Shown in pieces: positions 10,372 through 18,398 of a stretch of DNA of 64,000 nucleotides. Positions within the stretch are counted from its first letter, which is position 1; every line of letters begins with the position of its first letter. This DNA comes from Nitrospirota bacterium (lineage in GTDB: Bacteria; Nitrospirota; UBA9217), in the NCBI GenBank assembly GCA_963818475.1, contig CAWFSF010000005.1, positions 1-64,000 of the forward strand, read 5' to 3'. The notes under the pieces are model-generated. The model was not told the DNA's origin. It saw nothing but the letters and a program-made list of their open reading frames with translations, and did not search any database. The position numbers and the translations under genes were made by a program.

Positions 10372-11132
10372 ATGCGAAACCGCTCATCATAGCAGCAGCT
10401 GTTGTGACGATCTTCCTGCTTGAGGACATTGTTCCGCATTACCGGGGCCGCACCTCACGGCTCCGGCATGCCTTTCCGCACGTGCTCACCGCGCTCCTGA
10501 ACGGTCTCTTGACGCGGTCCATCCTTGCCGGCGTGACCCTCCAGATAACGGCTTGGGCGGCGGTCCATTCGTTCGGCCTCCGGCATATGCTGCGCCTTTC
10601 ACCGGTTGCCGCAACTGTGGCCCTCTTTATCCTTTTCGACATCTGGATGTACTTCTGGCACAAGGCAAACCACCGGATCGATTTCCTGTGGCTGTTCCAC
10701 CGTGCGCACCACGCGGACACGCAGATGGATACGACCACGGCGCTCCGCTTCCATCCGGGAGAGCTCATCCTCTCGACCCTGATCCGTATGCCGGTCCTGG
10801 TGGTCCTCGGCATGAGCTTTGGACAGCTCATCCTGTTCGAGACCATACTGAACCTCTCGACCCTTTTCCATCACAGCAACCTGGGCCTGCCGCGGGCATG
10901 GGACCGCTCACTCAGCGTCCTGATCGTTACGCCTGACATGCACCGTGTCCATCATTCCATTGAGCGTGAGGAGACGAACTCCAATTTTACGAGTCTGCTC
11001 TCCTGCTGGGACCGGCTGTTCAAGACATTCAGAATGCGCGATGATACGCTCACGATCACGCTCGGATTGAAAGAATTCCGTGAGGACCGCTGGCAGCGTT
11101 TCTGGGGTTTCTTCATTACCCCTGCCCAATAA
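10368..11132 (+). CDS. Sterol desaturase / fatty acid hydroxylase family protein
   Basis: His boxes WHKANH, FHRAHH, FHP, FHHSN and HRVHH. Confidence 0.88.
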   Translation: MNAKPLIIAAAVVTIFLLEDIVPHYRGRTSRLRHAFPHVLTALLNGLLTRSILAGVTLQITAWAAVHSFGLRHMLRLSPVAATVALFILFDIWMYFWHKANHRIDFLWLFHRAHHADTQMDTTTALRFHPGELILSTLIRMPVLVVLGMSFGQLILFETILNLSTLFHHSNLGLPRAWDRSLSVLIVTPDMHRVHHSIEREETNSNFTSLLSCWDRLFKTFRMRDDTLTITLGLKEFREDRWQRFWGFFITPAQ

Positions 11133-11181
11133 CTCCCGGGAGCATGAACAACTTCAGAGAAGAAAGACCGACGAAAACCTC

Positions 11182-11880
11182 ATGAACAAACAAAGAAGGA
11201 ACATCCTGCTCCTGGTCGTGTTCATCGCCGTGATCATAGCAGTGCGCCAGTCTCCGATCGGCTCGCTCCTGACCTTCGACAATCTGAAGCAGCACCGGGA
11301 GGAGCTCCTCGTGCTCGTCCGCGACCACTATGCCCTTTCGGTCGTCCTCTTTGTAGTTCTGTACATCGCGATCGCTGGGCTGTCCATTCCCGGGGCGGTT
11401 GTCCTGACCCTGGGGGGCGGATTCCTGTACGGCACGGCGCTGGCAACGCTCTACGTGAACCTGGGCGCCACGGCAGGCGCCGTGCTCGCGTTCCTCGTGG
11501 CGCGCCATCTGCTCGGTCAACAGTTGCAGAACAAATATCGGCAGCAGCTGGACCGGTTCAACCGTGAGATGGAGGTTTCTGGATCGCGCTATCTGCTCAC
11601 CCTTCGCCTGATCCCGATCTTCCCTTTTTTCCTCATCAACTTCCTGGCAGGCTTGACCAGGGTGCCGCTCAGGACCTTTGCCTGGACCACGGCGCTCGGG
11701 ATCATCCCCGGCACGATTGTATTCGCCTATGCCGGACGCCAGATCGGTTCGATCAATTCCGCGGCAGATATCCTCTCGACGAAGGTGATCATCGCCCTGA
11801 TGCTCCTTGCATGTTTCGCGCTCTTCCCGGCCCTGTACAGCCGCATCAAAGCTGCAAGAAGCCGGAAAGGCCCCTGCTAA
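11182..11880 (+). CDS. TVP38/TMEM64 (DedA/SNARE-associated) membrane protein
   Basis: SIPGAVVLTLGGG, LRLIPIFPFFLIN and GIIPGT. Confidence 0.9.
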   Translation: MNKQRRNILLLVVFIAVIIAVRQSPIGSLLTFDNLKQHREELLVLVRDHYALSVVLFVVLYIAIAGLSIPGAVVLTLGGGFLYGTALATLYVNLGATAGAVLAFLVARHLLGQQLQNKYRQQLDRFNREMEVSGSRYLLTLRLIPIFPFFLINFLAGLTRVPLRTFAWTTALGIIPGTIVFAYAGRQIGSINSAADILSTKVIIALMLLACFALFPALYSRIKAARSRKGPC

Positions 11881-11893
11881 GGAATGGCCCTTT

Positions 11894-12006
11894 TTTGACA
11901 CTGATTTTCACTGATTTTTTATGATCGATCCGGGAATCATACGAATCATGCCTTTTCAGTGTCAAAGGTTTTTGCTTTTCTCTGTGTCTCCGTGTCTCCG
12001 TGGTGA
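11894..12006. repeat. Intergenic inverted repeat plus a CTCCGTGT-type periodic half-repeat
   Basis: TTTGACACTGA (11894) and TCAGTGTCAAA (11956-11966), followed by CTCTGTGTCTCCGTGTCTCCGTGGTGA. Confidence 0.75.
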
Positions 12007-12047
12007 GGCAGTAGGTTTTTATCTTTAATACCAATACAGGAGCTCTC

Positions 12048-12683
12048 TTGGACAAGAAAGATAAGGTCACCCGGATCATCAAACTGCTGAAGAAAGAGTA
12101 TACCGGAACGCCCCAGACCGTGCTCCGGTTCAACTCTCCTTTCGAACTGCTGGTGGCGACGATCATGTCCGCCCAGACCACGGATGTGCTCGTCAACAAA
12201 GTGACGGAGTCGCTGTTCAAAAAATACCGGTCGCCAGAAGACTTCGCCAACGCATTGCCGGAAAAACTGGCCCAGGACATTCGCTCGGTCAACTTCTTTA
12301 ACAACAAAGCAAAGAATATCCACAGAACGGCCATAATGATCGTGGAACAGTTCAATGGCGCGGTGCCGCAGGCCATGGCGGAGCTTGTCTCCCTGCCGGG
12401 CGTCGCAAGAAAGACGGCGAACATCGTCCTTTCGAGCGCCTTTGGCATCAACGAGGGCATTGCCGTGGACACGCACGTAAAGCGGCTCGCCTTCCGGCTC
12501 GGCCTGACCAAGCACGATGATCCCGTCAAGATCGAGCAGGACCTGATCGCGGTCACTCCGCAGAAAGAGTGGGGCAGCCTTTCCCATCTCCTGATCTTTC
12601 ACGGCAGGGCCGTCTGCCAGGCGCAGAAGCCAAAGCACAGCCAATGCGTTTTATTCGACATCTGTCCATCGAATCGGCTGTAG
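12048..12683 (+). CDS. nth: Endonuclease III
   Basis: LLVATIMSAQTTD, HhH LPGVARKTANIV and AVDTHVKR; C-terminal Fe-S motif reads C-x6-H-x2-C-x5-C. Confidence 0.93.
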   Translation: MDKKDKVTRIIKLLKKEYTGTPQTVLRFNSPFELLVATIMSAQTTDVLVNKVTESLFKKYRSPEDFANALPEKLAQDIRSVNFFNNKAKNIHRTAIMIVEQFNGAVPQAMAELVSLPGVARKTANIVLSSAFGINEGIAVDTHVKRLAFRLGLTKHDDPVKIEQDLIAVTPQKEWGSLSHLLIFHGRAVCQAQKPKHSQCVLFDICPSNRL

Positions 12684-12759
12684 CGTGATATCTTGACCGT
12701 GGAGAGGCGCATAGTGCTTCGGACGTTTCATATTACTCCTGAAGAATGAGGTGGAATGC

Positions 12760-13323
12760 ATGAAAAAAGCTTCTTCGCAGCAGAAACACCGCAAAGTGAC
12801 CGGGCTGGTTGTCGTCCTGACCGGGGACGGCAAAGGCAAGACCACGTCCGCCCTGGGCATGACCCTGCGCGCTGCCGGCCATGGCATGACGGTTTGCATT
12901 ATCCACTTCATGAAAGGAGGGCTGCATGCAGGTGAGTTCGACGGCATCAAACTGCTCGGCCCGAACGTGGAGGATTACGTCATGGGCAGAGGCTTCTGCG
13001 GCATCCCGGGAGACAAATCCTCTCCCGAGGAACACCGCGAAAGCGCGCAGGCCGCTATCCGTCTTGCCCGCGAGAAGCTGGCAACAGGAGCATACGACAT
13101 GATGATCCTCGATGAAATCAATGTTGCCTTGAAACTAAACCTCGTGGATCTGCCTCAGGTACTGGAGCTGATCGAAAAAAAACCGGCCGACATGCACCTG
13201 GTCCTGACCGGACGCTACGCACACCCGGAGATAATTGCGCATGCCCATACGGTCACGGAAATGCGGGAGATCAAACATGCCTACCAGGAGAAGATCGAAC
13301 CGCAGAAGGGCGTTGATTATTGA
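12760..13323 (+). CDS. cobO: Cob(I)yrinic acid a,c-diamide adenosyltransferase (CobO/BtuR)
   Basis: TGDGKGKTTSALG, ILDEINVA, LVLTGR, TVTEMREIKH and GVDY. Confidence 0.92.
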   Translation: MKKASSQQKHRKVTGLVVVLTGDGKGKTTSALGMTLRAAGHGMTVCIIHFMKGGLHAGEFDGIKLLGPNVEDYVMGRGFCGIPGDKSSPEEHRESAQAAIRLAREKLATGAYDMMILDEINVALKLNLVDLPQVLELIEKKPADMHLVLTGRYAHPEIIAHAHTVTEMREIKHAYQEKIEPQKGVDY

Positions 13324-13475
13324 AAAAGCGAAGTGCTCACAGCGGACAATTCGCCTATTGTGCAACACTGCACATTCGCTTCACCGAGAAAGTGGAGGGA
13401 TGTAAAGCATCAAACGCATGAAAGACCATTGTTCAGCAGATCTGCCGTTGAAGCCTGCTATGGGAAAGGATCACC

Positions 13476-14291
13476 ATGGACGAAAAGCAGTTAAAAACAC
13501 TTTTGATCGACACCTTCAATACCGTATCCGGGGATTATGACGGCAAACCGCTTCGCTTCTTCCCGGATAGCGCTGCGAACATGGCCGGTATGCTCAAACT
13601 TCGTGGAAACGAACAGGTGCTCGACATTGCCTGCGGCACGGGCCATGCGTCTGTCGCGATCGCCCGCCTGCTGCCGCACGGCCGCGTGACCGCAGTGGAT
13701 TTTTCGTCCGGAATGCTTACACAGGCACGAAAAAAAGCCGCTGCGCTGAATATTACCAATATCGAATTCGTCGAGCGTGATATGCAGAACCTGGGATTTC
13801 CGGAAAACCAGTTCGATAGTGCGGTTTGCGCTTTCGGTATCTTCTTTGTCACGGACATGGAGACACAACTGGCGCACATTGCATCAAGGGTAAAGCCGGG
13901 CGGCAGGATCATGATATCGAACTTTCAGGAGAACTACTTCTCGCCGCTCAAAGATCTGTTCTTCGACCGGATCGCAAGCTACGGCGTTCAGAACCCTCCC
14001 CAGGCTTGGAAACGTATTGCGCACGAGGAAGGCTGCAGGGAGCTTTTCAAAAAAGCCGGCCTGTCTGATATCCGCGTGGAAGCCAGGAACATCGGCTATT
14101 TTCTGGACAGTGCTGAAGACTGGTGGAGTATTGTCTGGAATGCGGGATTACGCAGGATGGTGAGCGGGCTTTCGACATCAGACCAGCAGCGATTCAAGCG
14201 GGAACATCTCCAGGAGATCGAAGTGCTCGGGACAAAGGACGGCATCTGGCTCGATATCGGCGTGCTGTACACCACAGGCACTAAGCCCTAG
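13476..14291 (+). CDS. Class I SAM-dependent methyltransferase
   Basis: VLDIACGTG, AVDFSSGML and VKPGG. Confidence 0.88.
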   Translation: MDEKQLKTLLIDTFNTVSGDYDGKPLRFFPDSAANMAGMLKLRGNEQVLDIACGTGHASVAIARLLPHGRVTAVDFSSGMLTQARKKAAALNITNIEFVERDMQNLGFPENQFDSAVCAFGIFFVTDMETQLAHIASRVKPGGRIMISNFQENYFSPLKDLFFDRIASYGVQNPPQAWKRIAHEEGCRELFKKAGLSDIRVEARNIGYFLDSAEDWWSIVWNAGLRRMVSGLSTSDQQRFKREHLQEIEVLGTKDGIWLDIGVLYTTGTKP

Positions 14292-14442
14292 ACACAGTAG
14301 ATTAAGACGCGTCCTTTTCTTCAGTGCTCCTGCAAAGCTGCACCCTTCTCTTATTATTTATCGATGAAGAGTGCTTACATTGAAACCTGTGTCCAGGAGA
14401 TACGCCTACTTGTGGAAAACCTTCAAATAACATCTTCTGGCC

Positions 14443-15012
14443 CTAACGATAACGCTTCGCCATGTCGCCCGCTTTAGCCGCGAGGTCCTCGTTCGTCGTC
14501 TTTCGCGAGGAAACGGAAAAGGAACCGGCGATCCTTCCACCCCGTGCTTCGATACGCGCGCCCATTGTTTTCAGGGCGACGGATGCATCCTTTCCGCCCA
14601 TCGTCATGAACACGACCACCTCTTTCCCGTTGAAGTCAGCCCTGCCGATAAAGGCGTTTATCGGAGTGGACGGGCTCCCTCCCCAGACAGGGGAGCCGAT
14701 AAAGATGCGGTCATACCCCTGAAAACCGGCATCAATGGGCTTGATCTCCGCTTCCTTGCCGCGCTTTGCAGCAAATCCCGCGCTGAGGTAGAACCACCAG
14801 GAAACAGAAGGCGTCGCAACATCCTCCACACGCCGTATATCCGCTTTCAGTTCCAAGGCCAGCGTCCGAGCCACGACCTCGGTCTTTCCGGTCAACGAGT
14901 AAAATACAACAAGTGTTTTCACGGCTTGTGTTCCTTGCACATTCTCATCCGTCTCCGCAACCGCAGTCCCCGTGATGAAGATGAAAACGCAAACGACCCA
15001 CCGGTACCTCAT
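14443..15012 (-). CDS. Flavodoxin-family protein with signal peptide
   Basis: VVFYSLTGKT and IGSPVWGG; N-terminal hydrophobic leader ending AVA; GGAGG RBS. Confidence 0.82.
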   Translation of the reverse strand: MRYRWVVCVFIFITGTAVAETDENVQGTQAVKTLVVFYSLTGKTEVVARTLALELKADIRRVEDVATPSVSWWFYLSAGFAAKRGKEAEIKPIDAGFQGYDRIFIGSPVWGGSPSTPINAFIGRADFNGKEVVVFMTMGGKDASVALKTMGARIEARGGRIAGSFSVSSRKTTNEDLAAKAGDMAKRYR

Positions 15013-15081
15013 ATTCCCTCCCGAACAAGGATCATGCTGCATGCCAGCCAATTCCGCCTGCATTGCTGCACTTTCGATCAA

Positions 15082-16050
15082 TCACCGCATCGATCCCTGC
15101 CTGGAAACCGGCTCGCGTGCCCTCCGCAGCTCCACGTAGCGGGACGCGGCCAGGGCAGCCACAGCCCCGTCGCCTGCCGCAATCACGATCTGGTTGGCGA
15201 ATTTCTGGCGCAGATCGCCGCAGGCGAAAACGCCCGGGACGTTCGTCTCGTTTTTTTCGTCGGTGACCACGAAACCCAGCTCATTGGTCCTGACTTCAGG
15301 GGGGACCAGCATGTTGTTCGGATCGTAACCGATAAAAATGAAGACGCCGTCAACCGCAAGCGACCCCTTTTCTCCAGTAACGATATTTTCGAGCATAACG
15401 CTGTTGACCTCTCTGCTGTTGCCCCTGATCGATCTGACGACCGTGTTCCAGATGGGTTCAATACCGGGCTCGGCCCGCAGGCGGTTCTGCAGCAGCATGT
15501 TCGCCCGAAGTGCGTCTCTCCGGTGAACAAGATAGACCTTGCTTGCCAGTTTTGAGAGATACACGGCTTCTTCCACCGCGGTGTCCCCCCCTCCGACCAC
15601 GACGACGGTCTTGTCCCGGAAGAAGAAGCCATCGCAGGTGGCGCAGTAGGAAACGCCGCTGCCGAGGTATTCGACCTCCCCGGGAACGCCGAGTTTTTTC
15701 ACCGACCCGCCTGCCGCGAGGATCAGGGCAGCGGTGCGATAGAGGTCACCATTGGCCAGCCGAACGGTGTGCAGGTCGGTTCCGGCTTTTATCGCCACGA
15801 CTTCTTCCTGGATGATCTGCAGTCCAAAGGCTTTGACGTGATGCAGGAGTTTTTCCGCAAGATCGAACCCGGTGATACCCTCGACGCCGGGATAATTTTC
15901 CACTTCTTTTGATATGGCGATCTGCCCGCCTATCAGACCCTTTTCAAAAAGCACGGCCTTGACCGCGGCGCGTTGGCAGTAAAGCCCTGCAGCCAGTCCG
16001 GCAGGCCCCCCTCCCACGATGATGACATCGTAAACAGTGTTTCTCTCCAT
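15082..16050 (-). CDS. trxB: Thioredoxin-disulfide reductase
   Basis: GGGPAG, GVSYCATCDG, GGGDTAVEEA, VHRR and GVFACGD. Confidence 0.95.
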   Translation of the reverse strand: MERNTVYDVIIVGGGPAGLAAGLYCQRAAVKAVLFEKGLIGGQIAISKEVENYPGVEGITGFDLAEKLLHHVKAFGLQIIQEEVVAIKAGTDLHTVRLANGDLYRTAALILAAGGSVKKLGVPGEVEYLGSGVSYCATCDGFFFRDKTVVVVGGGDTAVEEAVYLSKLASKVYLVHRRDALRANMLLQNRLRAEPGIEPIWNTVVRSIRGNSREVNSVMLENIVTGEKGSLAVDGVFIFIGYDPNNMLVPPEVRTNELGFVVTDEKNETNVPGVFACGDLRQKFANQIVIAAGDGAVAALAASRYVELRRAREPVSRQGSMR

Positions 16051-16260
16051 AACGCTACTCCTCTGCCCGAGTGTACTTATTTGATTTAAGTATATCGCCA
16101 TTTCGGGCAATGACCGTTCAACCGCGAGGATATTTCCGTAAATGCAGACGCTGTCTTCGCTCCTCAATCCCTCGCCGATGAACAGCTTGCCAGCACCAGA
16201 AAAGACTTTTGGTCAATATCACCTGAAACTTTCGTTGCAGTACGTAGTAGTAAGCGTTCC

Positions 16261-16290
16261 TTGACAGATTTTCATGTATAGCGCTATAGT
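16261..16290 (+). promoter_or_regulatory. Sigma70-type promoter candidate
   Basis: TTGACA-18 bp-TATAGT upstream of AGGAGG and the ATG at 16334. Confidence 0.55.
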
Positions 16291-16333
16291 TAATTAGAAT
16301 AGTAAAGATCAACTGACAAAGGAGGAGGAAGCC

Positions 16334-16807
16334 ATGAGAACGATGAAATTGGCGCTGCTTGTTGCGCTCGCTCTATTTATAACGGTTTCGCTGGGCATTG
16401 CAGCCGGGAGCGGTTTCAAGGCCATGCTGTCCGGAAAAGAGGTCATGCCAGCGGCAGTCGACACAAAGGCAACGGGCGATGTGGAAATTATGCCGGGCAA
16501 GGACGGCAGTGAGCTTGGATATACACTGAACATCAAAGATATTATCAACGTGACAGCAGCACATATCCATGCGGGCAAGAAAGGCGTTGAAGGCCCGCCG
16601 GTCGTTGGGCTTTTCGGAGGGCCGAAAAAAGACGGCACGTTCAGCGGTGTGCTCGCCAAAGGGACCATTACGAACAAGGACCTGACAGGGCCGCTGGCGG
16701 GAAAGACGGTCGCTGATCTCGTTAAACTGATAAAGGATGGGGATGCGTATGTCAATGTTCATACAGTCGGACATCCGGGAGGAGAAGTTCGCGGTCAGCT
16801 CAAATAA
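16334..16807 (+). CDS. CHRD domain exported protein
   Basis: Signal peptide; TAAHIH, GPPVV and YVNVHT...PGGEVRGQL. Confidence 0.92.
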   Translation: MRTMKLALLVALALFITVSLGIAAGSGFKAMLSGKEVMPAAVDTKATGDVEIMPGKDGSELGYTLNIKDIINVTAAHIHAGKKGVEGPPVVGLFGGPKKDGTFSGVLAKGTITNKDLTGPLAGKTVADLVKLIKDGDAYVNVHTVGHPGGEVRGQLK

Positions 16808-16845
16808 TAACGAAGGCCTTTCACCGTATAGCTTAAACTGCAAGG

Positions 16846-16879
16846 GAGGAGCCGGCAATCATTTGGCTCCTCTTTTTTT
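16846..16879 (+). terminator. Rho-independent terminator
   Basis: GAGGAGCC...GGCTCCTC stem followed by a T run. Confidence 0.7.
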
Positions 16880-17114
16880 ATCACGGCGTGGGCATATTCA
16901 GGAGGAGTGTCGGAGCGTCAGTTAGCTTTCCGACATCCCGTCAGTACCTGCACGAAACGGCTGCTGCGCAGGGCCTTTGGCACGAAATTATACAGCATCG
17001 TGGTCAAGCTGCAAAATCGTCGGCCCCGCCTTGATAATTTGCGCCGCTGGTGTTAATCTTTTTTCAGGATGGGACGCTCCCAGGAACCCTCCTGTAATCG
17101 GAGTACATTGAGAT

Positions 17115-18233
17115 ATGAAGAAGCGTTTGATATTCACTGGCGTCGGACTGATCATCCTCATCGGCATTCTCGTCGCCGTCAAGGCCCTGCAGATCGGTGC
17201 GATGGTCGACCAGGGCAAGAAGTTCGTACCGCCGCCCGAAACCGTGACCTCTACGGCAATAAGGTCCGAGTCGTGGGAAACCACCCTGACCGCGGTCGGA
17301 ACGCTGAACGCCGTGCAGGGGGTCACGGTGTCCGCCGAGCTGCCGGGCAAAGTGGTCGAGGTCGCTTTCGAGGCGGGTCGGCCGGTGAAGAAGGGGGGGC
17401 TCCTGCTGCGCCAGGACACCTCCTCGGAAGAGGCCCAGCTTCCCGGAGCCGTGGCCCAGGAGAACCTGTCACGCACCAACCGCGAAAGATTTGACCAGTT
17501 GTTCGCGAAGAACCTGATCTCTCAGGCCGAGCACGATAATGCTGTCGCGGCTGCTGAACAGGCAGGGGCCCTGGCAGAGAACATACGGGCCACGATCGCC
17601 AAAAAGACGATCCGCGCCCCCTTTAACGGCTATCTCGGCATCCGCCAGATCAATCAGGGACAGATGCTTCGCGAGGGGGACCCCATCGTCACCCTGCAAG
17701 CCCTCGATCCGATCTATGTCGACTTTACCCTTCCCCAGCAGCAACTCCCGTTGCTGCGCCTGGGTCTGACCGTGCAGGTGACCACCGATGCCATGCCGGC
17801 TGAGACGGTGAAGGGGCGTATCACCGCCATAAATCCTCTTGTGGACGCCGAGACCCGCCAGATCAAGGTGCAGGCAACTATGGCCAACCGCGGTAACAAA
17901 CTGCGCCCCGGCATGTTCTCCAATGTAGCGGTGCAGCTCCCTGCACAACAGAAAGTGCTAGCCGTTCCCGCAACGGCCGTCTTGTACGCCCCTTATGGCG
18001 ACTCGGTCTTCATCATCGAGAATGCGGCGGATAAAAAGGGAAAGGTGCTGCGCCAGCAGTTCGTGCGACTCGGCCTCAAGCGCGGCGACTTCGTCGCCGT
18101 CACGAGCGGAATACAGGAGCAACAAACGCTTGTCAGCACCGGTGTCTTCAAACTACGCAATGGCCAGTCAGTGGTCATCGACAACAAGCTGGCCCCGGAT
18201 TTCAAAAAAGCGCCCACGCCGGAGAACAACTAA
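17115..18233 (+). CDS. RND efflux periplasmic adaptor (MFP)
   Basis: N-terminal TM; KKTIRAPFNG, IYVDF and LRPGMF. Confidence 0.92.
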   Translation: MKKRLIFTGVGLIILIGILVAVKALQIGAMVDQGKKFVPPPETVTSTAIRSESWETTLTAVGTLNAVQGVTVSAELPGKVVEVAFEAGRPVKKGGLLLRQDTSSEEAQLPGAVAQENLSRTNRERFDQLFAKNLISQAEHDNAVAAAEQAGALAENIRATIAKKTIRAPFNGYLGIRQINQGQMLREGDPIVTLQALDPIYVDFTLPQQQLPLLRLGLTVQVTTDAMPAETVKGRITAINPLVDAETRQIKVQATMANRGNKLRPGMFSNVAVQLPAQQKVLAVPATAVLYAPYGDSVFIIENAADKKGKVLRQQFVRLGLKRGDFVAVTSGIQEQQTLVSTGVFKLRNGQSVVIDNKLAPDFKKAPTPENN

Positions 18234-18250
18234 GACGAAATCCATTTTTT

Positions 18251-18378
18251 TACCACAGACACGGAGAAATACTTGAAGCACAGAAGGTGTGAGGGTAAGA
18301 AGGTACGGAAAAAATGCCCCCTTCCTTCCTAACTTTTTACCCTCGAATTTCTCCGTGCCTCCGTGTCTCCGTGGTGAA
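18251..18378. repeat. Intergenic periodic inverted repeat
   Basis: CCACAGACACGGAGAAAT ... ATTTCTCCGTGCCTCCGTGTCTCCGTGG between the RND genes. Confidence 0.7.
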
Positions 18379-18398
18379 CACGAGTTCGATTGGTCCTC

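Noticed and set aside
13476-14291. Methyltransferase as ArsM for the TIGR04282/04283 cluster
   Set aside because: It lacks a recognisable ArsM cysteine pattern and is separated from the cluster by nth and cobO.
16977-16995. Sigma54 promoter upstream of the RND operon (TTGGCACGAAATTATAC)
   Set aside because: The -24 element is good but the invariant -12 GC is replaced by TA.
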